Of a DNA stretch of 59,298 nucleotides, positions 19,085 to 29,263 are shown piece after piece. The translations under genes and the position numbers were made by a program. How positions within the stretch are numbered: position 1 is the stretch's first letter; every line of letters begins with the position of its first letter. The notes under the pieces were generated by a model. It ran no database searches. It worked only from the letters and a program-made list of their open reading frames with translations, and was not told the DNA's origin. Source of the DNA: Gemmatimonadota bacterium. Lineage in GTDB: Bacteria > Gemmatimonadota > Gemmatimonadetes > Palauibacterales > Palauibacteraceae. Where the stretch lies: contig JBDHAC010000019.1 of the NCBI GenBank assembly GCA_039588275.1, positions 1 through 59,298 of the forward strand, given 5' to 3'.

Positions 19085-20302
19085 TCAGACCTCGGCGGGC
19101 AGACAGCAGGAGTATTGTCGCCTGGGTACGTAGGCCCCCGCTGGGTTGTTCTTGAGTCTCGCGGGCGCCCAATCAACCCGGAGGGCGTCGAGCCGCGCAC
19201 CGACGACCTCGATCGCTCCCTCGCGGATCTCTCCCAACCCCATGTCGTATGCCATCGTGAGCTGCCTCTGGGCCGCGACATCGTGGCTCATGACCCGGGC
19301 CGCCGTCGCATCGGCTGCCACCGGATCGGTGCTGGCGAGAAGCAACCAGGACCCGAGCCGCGATCGCATGTCCACCGGCCGACCCCCCGACCCGAGAGTC
19401 GGACCGTCTCCCTCCATGCCGATCGAGAAATCGACGATGGCGAGATCCGGCTTCACCGCATCCACAATGTCCAGGTAGATCTCCGCGATCGCTCGGGGGC
19501 TGCTGTGGTCGAAGCCGCTGCTGCGGTCCGCCCAGCCCCCGTCCATCCAAATGCCATAGCGCTCCAAGGGGGTGATCCCGATGAAGTTCTTCAAAGACAG
19601 GGTCAGCCCCGCCCACGAATGCGTTTTCGCGACCGGAATCGAGATGACCCGGTCGGCCCACGCGACCAGGCTCGAGATCGCGATCCGGCCCAGATAAGTA
19701 CGCGACGGGACCTCTACCCACTCCGGTGAGTCGACTTCCAACGAGGCCACACGCGCTTGCCCCGCGTATTGCGCGCTCAGGCGCTCGGTTTCCGCAAGAA
19801 GGTTGGTGGAGCCATCGAAGGTCGTCGCGTACTCCCACTCCAAGGTCGGCATGTGAGAGCCGTCGCCGATGATTACCTCCGCGGCACCGGCCTGCAGACA
19901 CTCCTCGGCTACGGAGATGACGATCTCCGGCTTGGCGCACTCACCACCCACGAAGCAGTTCCCAGACCGGGCCCATGGGAGCGTGACCATGTTTGGTTTG
20001 ATGAAGACCGTCTCACCTTCGTGAACGACCTGCTCCAGGCCGCCCATCGCGTCGAGCACCTGGTGAGTCATCAGGGAAAGATCGTCGCCGCGGGCCGCGG
20101 CGACCTGTGCGGTCGGCTCCAGAGGTGCTGGTGGTTCTGGCGGTTCTGGCGGTTCTGGCGGTGGCCCACCAGTCGGCGCCTCGTCACAATCGGCCAGGAC
20201 TGTCGCGCCGATGGCTGCGGCGGACAGGCGCATGAAGTCTCGCCGCGTGATGGACAGCGGTGGTCCAGATGAGCCTGGCGGCTCGCCAGTCCGAGGTGCC
20301 AT
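19085..20302 (-). CDS. DUF362 domain protein with Tat signal
   Basis: TRRDFMRL signal; VFIKPN, IGDGS, PVAKTH...TLSLKN..G, MEGDGP, STDPVAADA. Confidence 0.85.
   Translation of the reverse strand: MAPRTGEPPGSSGPPLSITRRDFMRLSAAAIGATVLADCDEAPTGGPPPEPPEPPEPPAPLEPTAQVAAARGDDLSLMTHQVLDAMGGLEQVVHEGETVFIKPNMVTLPWARSGNCFVGGECAKPEIVISVAEECLQAGAAEVIIGDGSHMPTLEWEYATTFDGSTNLLAETERLSAQYAGQARVASLEVDSPEWVEVPSRTYLGRIAISSLVAWADRVISIPVAKTHSWAGLTLSLKNFIGITPLERYGIWMDGGWADRSSGFDHSSPRAIAEIYLDIVDAVKPDLAIVDFSIGMEGDGPTLGSGGRPVDMRSRLGSWLLLASTDPVAADATAARVMSHDVAAQRQLTMAYDMGLGEIREGAIEVVGARLDALRVDWAPARLKNNPAGAYVPRRQYSCCLPAEV
20133..20159. repeat. 9-bp tandem repeat x3 encoding a PPE linker
   Basis: (GGTTCTGGC)3 plus a degenerate copy at 20124. 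Confidence 0.8.
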
Positions 20303-20408
20303 GACACCTTCGCCTCGGTCAACAGACCCGGATGACGGCGTTGGGAGTACTCCCTGAGGTAAACCGAATCAAGGCAAGCGTTCCGGAGGTGGCGGCGTCA
20401 TCAGCCTG

Positions 20409-22520
20409 CTAGTTCTGGTCGAGCAGCTCCATGAATCGGGGGTTTGCCCGGAGACGTTCGAGCCTCGGATCGAGACGCAGGAACGCGGCTCTCAGATAGG
20501 TCGGTGCGACGAGGAGAGCGCTGAACGCGTCGATGGCGCGGTCCTCCTCACCCACCGCGGCGTAGATCCGGGCCAGGTCGTCCTCCCGATATACGGCGCG
20601 GAACAGGTCGCGGCTGCGCGGCATGAGCTCGATGGCGCGCTCACCCGCCCGCATCGCATCGTCCCTGCGGCCCAGCGCGGCGTACGCGAGCCCGAGCGAG
20701 CTGTGAACCCGCTCGTCGTCCGGGGCGTCAGCGGCGGCCTGTTCGAGCACGCGGACCGCAGCCTCGAACTCCCGCGCGGCCGGCCCAGGGTCGCCCTTGA
20801 GCTGGAGTACCTGGGCCTTGATCAGGCTCGGAGGCAGATACGAGAACTGGCCGTCGACGAGTCCCCAGGCCCCGGAGTCGATCCGCTGGATGACCTCGTC
20901 GTATTCACGCCGCTGGACCAGTACGCGGATCCATGCCAGAGTGAGGAACGGATCGTCCGAAGGGCGCAGGCCCGCTGTCTCCGCCGCACGCAGCTGAGTG
21001 ATCGCGGCCTCGCCGTCTGCGCTCTGGTAGAGGCTATGAAGCGCCGCGTACCCGACGGCCCGCGCCCACCGGGGCGAGAGCTCGGTCGCCCGCGCCAGGG
21101 AGCGTGCGGCCAGGTCGTCGTCCCGCAGCATCTGGTACGAGGCGCCGAGGTTCAACGCGATTCGGGCCGAGTTCGGATCGAGGTCGAACGCCCGTCGAAT
21201 GTCCTCCGTACCGGCCTCGAGGAGCCCCATCCGACGTCGAGCCGCGCCGAGCGACATGAGCACGCGGGAATCGCTGGGCACCCTGTCCAGGGCGAGTTCC
21301 AGCTCACGCAGGGCCCGCTCGTAGTCGAGCTCGATGTGGTAGTAGTACTGCCCCACGGCGTGCAGGACCTCCGGGTGGTCGGGGGCCAGCGAGCGTGCTC
21401 TCTCGACGGCCTGTCGGGCAAGGACGCGCCGTTCCGCGGTCCGATCGTAGAACCAGAAAAGCTCGATCTGGGCCTCCGCCAGGCGTGCCCAGGCGACCGC
21501 GAAGCCCGGGTCCAGGCGTACGGCCTCGTTGAACATCTGTGCCGCAAACAGAAGATCGCTCTCGGAGTATCTGTCCTCCTGGGGCTCGATGCCGCGGAGG
21601 AAGAACTCGTAGGCCTCGAGGTTCTCGGTCGGTCGGTCCTCGACCAGGACCCGTTCCTCCGGTGTGAGCTCGCTCTGGAGCCTGGAGGTGATCTGCTGGG
21701 CGATGTCGGCCTGGATGGCGAAGATGTTGTCCGCCGTCAGCCGCTCTTCGTAGGTCTCCGCCCACAGATGATCATCGGTCGCGACGTCGATCAACTGGAT
21801 ATTCAGCCGCACCCGGTCGCCCGCCCGCTGGACTCCACCCTCGACGACTGCTCCGGCTCCCAGCTCTTCACCGATCTCGGGGACGTTTCTGACGGCGTCC
21901 CGGTACTGCATCACCGACGTGCGGGAGATTACTCGTAGCCCGCCGACCTTGTGAAGCCGCGTGATGACCTCGTCGTGCAGACCGTTGGCGAAGAAGGCGG
22001 CGTCCTCCGCGCCGGCGGCGCTCTCGTTGGCGAACGGCAGCACGGCCACGGACGGCCGCTCGGATCCGGACCGACGGCTACCCTGATAGCCCGGTCCGAG
22101 GAGCAGCCAGCCGGCCGCAGCGATGCCCCAGAGTGCGAACGCCACCGTCCCCCCGGCGACCGCATTGCGCCACGTCAGTAATCGGTGGGCCGCAGTCGGC
22201 ACGCCACGCCGCTCGGGCGCCTCCGAGCCTTCGATCGACGCTTCTCCTGGTGGGGTGCCGTCGGATGGAGCGTCCGCGAGCACGCGATCCGCTCCCCTTG
22301 GCCCGACCCCCAGCTGCACGAAGGCGGTCGCGAGCACGACCGGGAGGCCGATGATGAGCAAGAACAGGGCGAGAGGCGGCGCCCACTCGGGAAGATTGAG
22401 CGCCCCGGCCAGCGTGTCGACCAGCTGGAGCACGACCCAGCCCCCCGCCAGGTAGATGCCCAGCACCTGCCATAGCGAACGGCGATGGAGTTCCTGGATG
22501 AGTTTCTTCAGACCCGACAT
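20409..22520 (-). CDS. Membrane TolB-N/FlgO-like + TPR protein
   Basis: ELHRRSLWQV N-terminus with 3 TMs, SVAVLPFAN, LRVISRTSVMQY, HLWAETYE, TPR array. Confidence 0.88.
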   Translation of the reverse strand: MSGLKKLIQELHRRSLWQVLGIYLAGGWVVLQLVDTLAGALNLPEWAPPLALFLLIIGLPVVLATAFVQLGVGPRGADRVLADAPSDGTPPGEASIEGSEAPERRGVPTAAHRLLTWRNAVAGGTVAFALWGIAAAGWLLLGPGYQGSRRSGSERPSVAVLPFANESAAGAEDAAFFANGLHDEVITRLHKVGGLRVISRTSVMQYRDAVRNVPEIGEELGAGAVVEGGVQRAGDRVRLNIQLIDVATDDHLWAETYEERLTADNIFAIQADIAQQITSRLQSELTPEERVLVEDRPTENLEAYEFFLRGIEPQEDRYSESDLLFAAQMFNEAVRLDPGFAVAWARLAEAQIELFWFYDRTAERRVLARQAVERARSLAPDHPEVLHAVGQYYYHIELDYERALRELELALDRVPSDSRVLMSLGAARRRMGLLEAGTEDIRRAFDLDPNSARIALNLGASYQMLRDDDLAARSLARATELSPRWARAVGYAALHSLYQSADGEAAITQLRAAETAGLRPSDDPFLTLAWIRVLVQRREYDEVIQRIDSGAWGLVDGQFSYLPPSLIKAQVLQLKGDPGPAAREFEAAVRVLEQAAADAPDDERVHSSLGLAYAALGRRDDAMRAGERAIELMPRSRDLFRAVYREDDLARIYAAVGEEDRAIDAFSALLVAPTYLRAAFLRLDPRLERLRANPRFMELLDQN

Positions 22521-22702
22521 GACGAACGGGGTGACAGGATCCACCTTCCGATATCTCATTCCTAAGGTCGGGGTGGGGCTGAGACGGAGCAAGGCGAAAT
22601 CCGTCGCGGAGACGTAGCCCCAGGGTTGCCCCCCATTAGGGTACTTCACAGCTTTAAATCCGAAATACTTGAAGTGACGCTCCTCGATCCATGGTCGGAA
22701 CC

Positions 22703-23827
22703 ATGAAGCGCGTCCTCCTACTCTTTCCCTTGCTGTTCGCGTTCGCCGCCTGTGGTTCCGATCCGGCGGCCCCGGGATCCGGCGAGCCCACCTTCCCCGT
22801 GGACTTCACGCCGGGCGTGCGCGGGTTCGAGGCCCAGCTGGACACCCTTCGCGTGGGGCACACGATCCCGGGGATGGCGGCGGCCATCGTCGAGAATGGC
22901 CAGGTCGTGTGGTCCGGGGGGTTGGGATACGCGGACATCGCCGCGGGCAAGCCGGTCACGGAGTCCATCTGCTTTCACCTCGCCTCGCTCACCAAGCCCT
23001 TCGCCTCGGTCATCATCATGCAGCTCGTGGAAGAGGGACTCATCGATCTTGACGATCCGGTGTCCGACTACGGCATCGATCTCTCGAGCTCGGGGGTCAT
23101 CCGCGTCCGCCACCTTCTGACCCACACTTCGGAGGGCACGCCCGGATCCGCGTACCGGTATAACGGAAGCCGCTTCGGCCAGCTGGACCGCGTCATCGAG
23201 AGCGCCTCGGGCCGAACGTTCGGCGAGCTTCTGGTAGAGAGGATCCTGGAGCCGCTGCAGCTGACCCAAACCGCACCGAGCCCTTCCTCTCCGGCCGATT
23301 TTGCCCTTACGGGTCTGAATCGGGACGAGTTCATGGCCGACATGGCGACCCCGTACGAACCACGAGGCTCAAGGGTCGTCCGGTCCGAGTACGCGACCGG
23401 GTTCAGTTCCGCGGCCGGCTTGATCTCTTCGGCGCACGATATGGCCACGTTCGCGAGCGCGATCGATCAGGGACTGTTTCTGCAGCCGGCCACCTGGCAA
23501 GCGGTATTCACCCCCGCGGTCTCGAACGGCGGAAGCGTGCTGCCATACGGATTGGGGTGGTTCGTGCAGGAGCGCCAGGGAGTCGAGCTGCAATGGCACT
23601 ACGGGTACTGGAATGCCACCTCGACACTGATCGTCCGGGCCCCCGCCGTCGGACGGACGTTCATCGTCATGGCGAACACGGACATGATGAGCCGGCCGTA
23701 CGATCTCGGACTGGGCGATGTGTCGCGATCGCCGTTCGCACGTCTCTTCCTGGATTCATACGTGTATGGGAATGCCCAACTGCCGGGCGCGACCGTACGC
23801 CGCCCAAACCCGGAACCGATTCACTGA
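22703..23827 (+). CDS. Serine hydrolase, beta-lactamase class C/PBP-like lipoprotein
   Basis: Lipobox FAAC; ASLTK (SxxK), RHLLTHTS, YRYNG, WHYG. Confidence 0.9.
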   Translation: MKRVLLLFPLLFAFAACGSDPAAPGSGEPTFPVDFTPGVRGFEAQLDTLRVGHTIPGMAAAIVENGQVVWSGGLGYADIAAGKPVTESICFHLASLTKPFASVIIMQLVEEGLIDLDDPVSDYGIDLSSSGVIRVRHLLTHTSEGTPGSAYRYNGSRFGQLDRVIESASGRTFGELLVERILEPLQLTQTAPSPSSPADFALTGLNRDEFMADMATPYEPRGSRVVRSEYATGFSSAAGLISSAHDMATFASAIDQGLFLQPATWQAVFTPAVSNGGSVLPYGLGWFVQERQGVELQWHYGYWNATSTLIVRAPAVGRTFIVMANTDMMSRPYDLGLGDVSRSPFARLFLDSYVYGNAQLPGATVRRPNPEPIH

Positions 23828-24099
23828 TCCAGGATCGACTGCTCGGTGATGATCCGACAATCATAGCCTTCGATCGCAGGAGCGCTCCGTAGCAGCCCAA
23901 TCCTGGGCGTCCCCGTGGCACTCAGTCGGACTGTCGCATGCGCCAGCTCCCGGACATCTTAGAGCCTTCGCCGGCAGGTGCCGAGGACGCGATCATCTTC
24001 AAACGCTGAACCTCGGCGCCGTAGCCGCGGCAATTCCAACCCTGCCCGACTTGCGGGCCCACACGGTCGAACGAGGCGATTGCCCCGAGGGGATAGCCG

Positions 24100-25335
24100 A
24101 TGGAAGCTCCGAACGTGGTAGCGAGCGCGAAGTCGCGGCTCGGGATCATGATGTTCCTGCAGTACGCCATCTGGGGTGCGTGGGCGCCCGTGCTGTCATC
24201 GTACCTCATCAACGAAACGGGCTTCAGCGGTGCGCAGGTCGGCTGGATTTACGCGCTACTTCCGCTGGCGACCATCATCTCACCGTTCATCGGCGGGCAG
24301 CTCGCGGACCGCTATCTCTCCTCGGAGAAGCTGATCGGGTTCCTGGCGTTCAGCGGGGGAATCCTGTTGATCGTCGTGTCGCGCGTGACCGACTTCGGCC
24401 TGATGTTCTGGCTGATGCTGGCCTACTGCCTGCTTTACGCGCCCACGCTCGCGCTCACCAACTCGATCGCGATGATCAACCTGACCGACTCCGAGAAGGA
24501 GTTCGGCACGATCCGGGTGTGGGGCACGCTGGGGTGGATCGCGGCGGGCTGGTTGCTCACGGGCTGGCGCTCGCTGGCAGAGGACGCGGTCGCTCCCGCC
24601 GTCGCGGGCGACGCGCTGGTGCTCGCCGGCATCTTTTCGATCGTGATGGGGCTACAGTCGCTCACCCTGCCTCACACGCCTCCGCAGAAGGAAGGCGTCA
24701 AGCCGTGGGCGTTCCTCGAGTCCCTGAAGATGCTGAAGGTGAAGGACTTCGCGATCTTCCTGGGGATCACCTTCGTCGTGGCGACGGAGCTCGAGTTCTA
24801 CTACATCCTGACCGCTCCATTCCTCGAGTCGGATGCGATCGGGGTGTCGAGCGTGAACGTGCCGGCGGTGATGACCATCGCGCAGGTCGCGGAGATCTTC
24901 GTGATGGCGTTCCTGCTGTCGCGTTTCCTGAAGAAGTACGGCATGCGCCGCACGCTGGCCTTCGGTGTCATCGCATGGCCCATACGCTACGTCATCTTCG
25001 CCATCGGCAGCCCGGCCTGGCTGGTGATCGCCTCGCTGGCGCTGCACGGCTTCTGTTACGTGTTCTTCTTCGTGGCCGCGTTCATCTACGTGGACAAGGT
25101 GGCGCCGCCCGACATCCGGGCCTCGGCCCAGAGCCTGATCGCGATTGTGGCTTTGGGGCTCGGGCGATTCCTGGGTAGCCTGTTCGCCGGCACGATCCGC
25201 GACGTGTTCACTACGAGCGCCGGGACGAACTGGACCCTCGTCTTCATCGTGCCGTGCACGCTGACCGTGTTGTGCGCCGTGGCGTTCCTGCTCTTCTTCA
25301 GGGAGGAGGCCGCTCCGGCGGCCGCCGAGGCCTGA
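24100..25335 (+). CDS. MFS transporter, nucleoside:H+ symporter (NupG/YegT-like) family
   Basis: MMFLQYAIWGAW, GQLADRY, IRVWGTLGWI, LPHTPP, LHGFCY, RASAQ. Confidence 0.9.
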   Translation: MEAPNVVASAKSRLGIMMFLQYAIWGAWAPVLSSYLINETGFSGAQVGWIYALLPLATIISPFIGGQLADRYLSSEKLIGFLAFSGGILLIVVSRVTDFGLMFWLMLAYCLLYAPTLALTNSIAMINLTDSEKEFGTIRVWGTLGWIAAGWLLTGWRSLAEDAVAPAVAGDALVLAGIFSIVMGLQSLTLPHTPPQKEGVKPWAFLESLKMLKVKDFAIFLGITFVVATELEFYYILTAPFLESDAIGVSSVNVPAVMTIAQVAEIFVMAFLLSRFLKKYGMRRTLAFGVIAWPIRYVIFAIGSPAWLVIASLALHGFCYVFFFVAAFIYVDKVAPPDIRASAQSLIAIVALGLGRFLGSLFAGTIRDVFTTSAGTNWTLVFIVPCTLTVLCAVAFLLFFREEAAPAAAEA

Positions 25336-25380
25336 TATGAAGGGCCCCTGGCGGGTCGCGGCGCCCGGCCAAATTCCGAG

Positions 25381-26046
25381 TTAGCGATCGAGCGGCCGAA
25401 AGCTCACTTCACGGAAGTACACGACGTCTTCCGGGCCATGGTTCTGCAGCCCGATGAAGCCCTCATCCGGGCGCGGACCTCGCTCCGGTTGCCACTCCTC
25501 CTGTCGTGGCGGCACCCAATCACCCTCGCGGTAATACGTCACCAGCACACCGTTGACCGTGACCACCGTCCGATCGCCGTCCAGAATGATCTCGATCGTG
25601 TTCCACTCTCCTGGTCGAGCCGCTCTGGCCATCGGCCGCGTCAGCGAGTACAGGACGCCCGTCGATTCGTATTCCCTTTCAGTCAGGTCGTCGATCTGGA
25701 CTTCGTAACCGCCGTGCACCGCCATCCACGGATCAGCCGGAGGCTCGGGAATGCGGATGAAGATGCCCGCGTTGCGGCCTTCGGGATTGCGGTACTCCAC
25801 GCGGAGCACACCGTCCCGGATGGGCTCTTCGGTATACCACAAAAGTCCCATGCCACCTTCGGTCTTCAGCACCCCGTCCTCGATGACGAAGCTTCCCGCC
25901 CCCACGTGCTCCCATCCAGTAAGATCCTGACCATTGAAGAGCGGTGTCCACGCCCCCTCTTGCGTGCGTGTCACATCCTGCGCGCGAACACCACCACACG
26001 CCGCCGCCACGACACAGGCCAGCACGATGCTCCTCGCCGTCTTCAT
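25381..26046 (-). CDS. DUF1080 (3-keto-disaccharide hydrolase-like) secreted protein
   Basis: Signal peptide; WTPLFNGQDLTGW, NAGIF, GYEVQIDD, GEWNTIEI, GFIGLQNHG, VYFR. Confidence 0.92.
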   Translation of the reverse strand: MKTARSIVLACVVAAACGGVRAQDVTRTQEGAWTPLFNGQDLTGWEHVGAGSFVIEDGVLKTEGGMGLLWYTEEPIRDGVLRVEYRNPEGRNAGIFIRIPEPPADPWMAVHGGYEVQIDDLTEREYESTGVLYSLTRPMARAARPGEWNTIEIILDGDRTVVTVNGVLVTYYREGDWVPPRQEEWQPERGPRPDEGFIGLQNHGPEDVVYFREVSFRPLDR

Positions 26047-26406
26047 GCTCGATTCTCCAGAATGCGGTGTCCGACTTATCACAGATTCAAGGCCCGTGGG
26101 CGGCCGGGCCACTCGCCGGTTGACCGGCCTTTCCGCGGGGCCTTCCCCGAAACTACGTTCGGGAAGTCAAATTGGCGCGCCGGCGCCTCGCCGGCGCTGA
26201 ATCGGCCCCTGAGCCATGCCTGGGCTGATGGCAACGACTGATCCACCGCGTCGAAGCCTCGATCGTCACACGCCGGCTCGGGTTCGGCGGGCGCTGCCAC
26301 GATCCATGCCGGAGGCGCCGCCCAGCGAGAACGCCGCGCCAATCGCCAGGGTACCCGACCAGCCAAAACGCCCCCGCTTACTACCCCGAGATCGTCGGGG
26401 GAGGAG

Positions 26407-27768
26407 ATGAAGCAGATGTCCAGCCACCTGTCTCGCAGGAGGTTCGTCCAGACCGGAGCGCTAGCGACCGGCGGGCTGTTCGCAGGCAGAGCCGTCGCGC
26501 TCGAGACGGAGGCCTTCGCACCGACGTCGAGACGCGCCGCTCGGAGTGACACCGTGCGCTTCGGGATCATCGGCGTCGGCATGCAGGGCTCAGGCCTGAT
26601 TTCAGACGCCCTCAGCCTCCCGGGGGTCGAGTGCGTGGCTGCCTCGGATCTGTACGATGGCCGTCACACGCTCGCCAGGGAGATGGCCGGCGATGCCAGC
26701 CTGCCGACGACGCGCCGCTATCAAGACCTGCTGGATCGGAGCGACATCGACTGCGTCATCGTTGCCGTGCCCGACCACCAGCACCGACAGATCGTGTTGG
26801 ACGCGATCCAAGCGGGCAAGGACGTCTACTGCGAGAAGCCGATGTCTCACACGGCGTCCGACGGGGTCGAGATGGTCAATGTGGCCAACGCGTCCGACCG
26901 GATCGTGCAGGTGGGATCACAGAGGACCAGCTCCGCCTTGATCGCCAAGGCCCGGGACCTCTATCAGGGCGGAGCCATCGGCGAGGTTTCGATGGTGGAG
27001 CTGTCGCTGGGTCGCAATACGCCCACCGGCGCGTGGCAGTACCCGCCGCCGCTCGATCTGTCACCGTCGAACCTGGACTGGGAGGCCTGGCTGGGAACGG
27101 CCCCGGAGATCCCCTTCAACCCCGAACATTTCGCGCGCTGGCGCTGCTGGAAGGAATACGGCACGGGCGTGGCGGGCGATCTCATGGTTCACCTCATCAG
27201 CGGCATGATGCAGACGCTCGGTTGGAACGAGCCACCGCGGTCCGCACAATCTCTCGGGGGCATCTATCGGTGGAAGGACGGGCGTAACATGCCCGACCTC
27301 CACGCAGTCTTGTTCGACTACGGCGGCGTTCCCGTCTACGTCCGGCTCGGGCTCGGCACGGCCACTCCGGAGCTGGCTCGATACATGGGGCCGAAGGGCA
27401 TCCTCGAAGCGACAGAGGAAACGCTGACGCACTCGCCACAGACCGGCAACGACAGCTACCCGAGCTACTATTCGAACAGCTTTCCCCGGGAGATGAGAGA
27501 GGAGTACCGGGCCGGCTGGCACGCCGAGAACGATCCGACACCGGGCACCGAGCCGGTCCGCGACAGCGCGGCGTACACGGGAAACCACTGGGACGACACG
27601 ATCCCGCACCTGTGGGGTTTCTTCGAGGCCGTGAGGAGCCGCGAGCCCGTCGTTCAGGACGCCGCCTTCGGTAACCACGCCGCCATCGCATGTCACATGG
27701 CGAACGAGTCGTTCTTCCGGGAATCGCCCGTGCGGTGGGACGATCAGTCAGAGGCCATAACGAGCTGA
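26407..27768 (+). CDS. Tat-exported Gfo/Idh/MocA oxidoreductase
   Basis: SRRRFVQ signal; GIIGVGMQG, PDHQH, YCEKPM, QVGSQR, YGTGVAGDLMVH. Confidence 0.93.
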   Translation: MKQMSSHLSRRRFVQTGALATGGLFAGRAVALETEAFAPTSRRAARSDTVRFGIIGVGMQGSGLISDALSLPGVECVAASDLYDGRHTLAREMAGDASLPTTRRYQDLLDRSDIDCVIVAVPDHQHRQIVLDAIQAGKDVYCEKPMSHTASDGVEMVNVANASDRIVQVGSQRTSSALIAKARDLYQGGAIGEVSMVELSLGRNTPTGAWQYPPPLDLSPSNLDWEAWLGTAPEIPFNPEHFARWRCWKEYGTGVAGDLMVHLISGMMQTLGWNEPPRSAQSLGGIYRWKDGRNMPDLHAVLFDYGGVPVYVRLGLGTATPELARYMGPKGILEATEETLTHSPQTGNDSYPSYYSNSFPREMREEYRAGWHAENDPTPGTEPVRDSAAYTGNHWDDTIPHLWGFFEAVRSREPVVQDAAFGNHAAIACHMANESFFRESPVRWDDQSEAITS

Positions 27769-27830
27769 CGGCGGCGATAAGAGTCGGACGCCAACGGAGA
27801 GAAGCCGGACAGATACGGAGAGAGACTGCC

Positions 27831-28916
27831 ATGGGAGCGCGTGTCAGGGTCGGTATCGTCGGCTCGCAGTTCATCTCGAGCATTCACGCCGAAGCCCTTC
27901 AGCAGTGCGCGGCAGCGGAACTGTTCGCCGTGGCCTCGCCCACCGGCCGTCATGCGCAGCGCTTCGCCGAGCAGCATCACATCCCGCACCATCTCACCGA
28001 TTATCGGGCGATGCTCCAGATGGATGAGATCGACATGATCGTCATCGGGGCGCCCAACGACCTGCATTGTTCCATGACTGTCGAGGCGGCGCGAGCAGGC
28101 AAGCATGTCGTGTGCGAGAAACCCCTATGCCTGAATCTGGCCGAAGCCGATCGCATGATAGAGGAATGCCGCAACGCCGGCGTGAAGCTCATGTACGCCG
28201 AGGAGTTGTGCTTCGCACCGAAGTACGTGCGCCTGAAGCAGCTGCTCGACAGCGGTGCGCTCGGGAAGCCGGTCCTGATCAAGCAGTCGGAGAAGCACGA
28301 CGGTCCTCACGCGGATCACTTCTGGGATGTCAACCGATCGGGCGGCGGCGTCACGATGGACATGGGCTGTCACGCGATCGAGTTCTTCCGCTGGATGTTG
28401 GGCCGACCCCTTATCACGTCCGTATACGCGCAGATGGGCACCTACGTGCACGCGGATCGGACCCTGGGCGACGACAACGCCGTGCTGATCCTCGAGTTCG
28501 AGGGTGACGTGTTGGCGGTGGCCGAGGAGAGCTGGAGCAAGCTCGGTGGCATGGACGACCGCGCCGAAGTCCACGGATCCGGGGGCGTCGCATACGCCGA
28601 CCTCCTGCACGGAAATGCCATCGAGACTTACAGTGCGGCCGGCTACGACTACGCCGTCGAGAAGGCGGGCACCACGACGGGCTGGTCGTTCACGATTTAT
28701 GAGGAGGCGTGGAATTACGGCTTCCCGCAGGAGTTCGACCACTTCGTGGCGTGCGTCAGGGACGACCGGCAGCCGCTAGTTACGGGGGAAGACGGACGCG
28801 CGGTGCTCGAGGCCATCTTCGCCGCCTACGAATCTGCGGGCACCGGACGTAAAGTCGAGCTGCCGTTCGAAACGGATGCCGCCAAGCCTCATGACTTGTG
28901 GCACCCCGACGAGTAA
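27831..28916 (+). CDS. Gfo/Idh/MocA oxidoreductase without signal peptide
   Basis: VGIVGS, PNDLH, CEKPL, SGGGVTMDMGCH. Confidence 0.92.
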   Translation: MGARVRVGIVGSQFISSIHAEALQQCAAAELFAVASPTGRHAQRFAEQHHIPHHLTDYRAMLQMDEIDMIVIGAPNDLHCSMTVEAARAGKHVVCEKPLCLNLAEADRMIEECRNAGVKLMYAEELCFAPKYVRLKQLLDSGALGKPVLIKQSEKHDGPHADHFWDVNRSGGGVTMDMGCHAIEFFRWMLGRPLITSVYAQMGTYVHADRTLGDDNAVLILEFEGDVLAVAEESWSKLGGMDDRAEVHGSGGVAYADLLHGNAIETYSAAGYDYAVEKAGTTTGWSFTIYEEAWNYGFPQEFDHFVACVRDDRQPLVTGEDGRAVLEAIFAAYESAGTGRKVELPFETDAAKPHDLWHPDE

Positions 28917-28989
28917 AGCCGTCTTTCGAAGATTGGCTCACCAACGGGGCACCACCTTCGCGATCACCCTCGACTTTGATTGGAGGTGG

Positions 28990-29208
28990 ATGATGAAGCC
29001 GTATACGACGATCGCCACGGTGATTCTCGGTCTCATAGCGCTCGGACACCTACTGCGGCTGATCTTCGGTTGGGGATTCGTCGTCCATGAGACCGTCGTC
29101 CCCATGTGGCCAAGCGTCGTGGTCGTCCTGGTGTTCGGGCTCGTGGCCGTGATGCTCTGGCGCGAGAGGGGAGGAAGCGGGGCCAGAGGCGCCGAAGATG
29201 TAGGTTGA
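28990..29208 (+). CDS. Small two-TM membrane protein
   Basis: GGAGGT RBS; LGHLLRLIFGW...VPMWPS pattern. Confidence 0.75.
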   Translation: MMKPYTTIATVILGLIALGHLLRLIFGWGFVVHETVVPMWPSVVVVLVFGLVAVMLWRERGGSGARGAEDVG

Positions 29209-29263
29209 GGGCCGTGGCGCTCCTGGAGCGACACGCGCCCGAGCTGGCCTCACAACAAGTGGT

